Source of the DNA: Veleropilina oligotropha
Lineage: Eukaryota
Direction of reading: 5' to 3'
Assembly: GCA_048128005.1 (NCBI GenBank)
Contig: JBEUKZ010000131.1
Location: 434,001 to 498,000 of the forward strand
DNA length: 64,000 bases
This document shows positions 62,682 to 64,000 of this stretch, piece after piece. The position numbers and the translations under genes were made by a program. The notes beneath the pieces are model-generated. The model did not search any database, was not told the origin of the DNA, and worked only from the letters and a program-made list of their open reading frames with translations. The stretch's first letter is position 1. Each line of letters starts with the position of its first letter.

Positions 62682-62879
62682 AGTGCCATGTCCCGGTTGA
62701 ACCTGCAGCTAAAGTGCCAAAATCAGTGATACCTGTTGCCAAGCAACCACCAAAATTTGCTGTGTCACCATCCCATGTCACTGTGATGAAGAGCAGGAAT
62801 GCTCAGATGAAGGTATCTTACAGCGGCAATCCTGTCCCTGAAATAACCTGGAAGAAAGGCGGCAAAGCTATCCAAACAG
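62682..62879 (+). CDS. Exon, linker plus N-terminal half of Ig domain
   Basis: cacttAG acceptor; CHVPVEPAAKVPKSVIPVAKQPPKFAVSPSHVTVMKSRNAQMKVSYSGNPVPEITWKKGGKAIQT; donor G|GTAGGC; phase 1-1. Confidence 0.88.
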
Positions 62880-62915
62880 GTAGGCTTCGTAGACTTATGT
62901 CACCTAATGTCGTTC

Positions 62916-63980
62916 TTTATGCCCCCACAAACGAAGTTTAGAGGGGCATATAGGAGTCAGCTTGTCTGTCTGTCTGTTGCAAATTCCCTTCCGCTCCATA
63001 TCTTGGACACTATTTGACCGAGGGACACGAAAGTTGATGTGTGCATGCGTCATAAGCCAAAGGTGTGTCGCGTACAGAAAGTAGGTCACCATGACCTACT
63101 TTTCATGCTTGATTGCACTTAATCCAAAATTCCTTCCGCTCCATATCTTGGACACTATTTCACCGAGGGACACGATACTTGACGTGTGCATGCATCATAA
63201 CCCAAAGGTGTGTCGCATACCGAAAGTAGGTCACCACGACCTTTTCATGCTTGACTGCACTTAATCCAAACTTCCCTTCCGCTCCATATCTCCCATACTA
63301 TTTGACCGAGGGACACGAAACTTGATGTGTGCATGCATCATAACCCAAAGGTGTGTCGCGTACGAAAGTACGTCACCACGACCTACTTTTCATGCTTGAC
63401 TGCAATTAATCCAAAATTCCATTCCGCTCCATATCTCCCATACTATTTGACCGAGGGACATGAAACTTGCTGTGTGTATGCGTCATATGCCAAAGGTGTG
63501 TCACGTACTGAAAGTATGTCACTGCGACCTACTTATCAGACTTGACCGCATTTGGTCTAAAATTCCCTTCCGGTCCATATCTTCCATACTATTTGACCGA
63601 GGGACACGAAACTTGATGTGTTTATGTGTCATAATCCAAAAGTGTGTCGCATACCAAAAGTAGGTCACCGCGACCTAGTTTTCACACTACCACATTTGGT
63701 CCAAATTCCCTTTCGCTCCATATCTCCCATACTATTTGACCGAGGGACATGAAACTTCATATGTGTATACATCATAACTGAAAGGTATGTCGCGCACCGA
63801 AAGTAGGTCACTGCAACCTATTTTTCACACCACCTCGTTCAGTCTAAAATTCCCTTCCGCTTGATATTTCCCATAATATTTGACTGAGGGACATGAAACT
63901 TCATGTGTGTATGCAACAGCCTGTTCCTGGGTCAAATGCTTTCGTGGGGGCATGTGATCACTCCTGTGATAGCTCTAGTT
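62916..63980 (+). mobile_element. HINE-like element, ~145-bp core x ~7
   Basis: ATGCCCCCAC 5' end with GGGGCAT inverted copy, (TCTG)n, 3' GTGGGGGCAT, hairpin ATCAC-tcct-GTGAT, CTAGTT end. Confidence 0.85.
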
Positions 63981-64000
63981 GAGTTTGCTAATATGTAGAT

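Larger units (their letters stand above)
213..62879 (+). other. MYLK: Multi-exon giant Ig-domain muscle protein locus (myosin light chain kinase / Stretchin-MLCK-like); partial, extends beyond both window ends
   Basis: About 30 phase-compatible GT-AG exons encode I-set Ig domains (P.F...L, W.K.G, D.G.Y.C.A.N..G). Two DFRxxL motifs lie at 57329 and 57742. The symbol is inferred from architecture; the kinase domain is not in the window. Confidence 0.7.

Overview
This window is AT-rich metazoan genomic DNA; the repeat landscape suggests a lophotrochozoan such as a mollusc, but the species cannot be determined. It is spanned by a + strand, multi-exon locus encoding tandem I-set immunoglobulin domains of the titin/MLCK muscle-protein family. 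About 30 GT-AG exons can be chained in consistent splice phase, giving roughly 12 complete Ig domains, two partial ones at the window edges and one truncated half-domain. The 3' block carries two DFRxxL motifs between Ig domains, the F-actin-binding signature of vertebrate smooth-muscle MLCK (MYLK), so Fn3 and kinase domains are predicted just beyond the window. The ~23-kb central intron contains a candidate terminal exon with AATAAA (22650-22929) and two candidate internal first exons (28230, 46454). This suggests a Stretchin-MLCK-like locus producing kinase-less, short and giant products. The introns hold a broken Kolobok-type transposon, many MITEs, nested Helitrons, at least 8 Helentron/HINE-like elements with tandem-repeat cores, tRNA-derived SINEs, a 5S remnant, an L2/CR1 LINE fragment, long palindromes and three young minisatellites that explain the longest ORFs.
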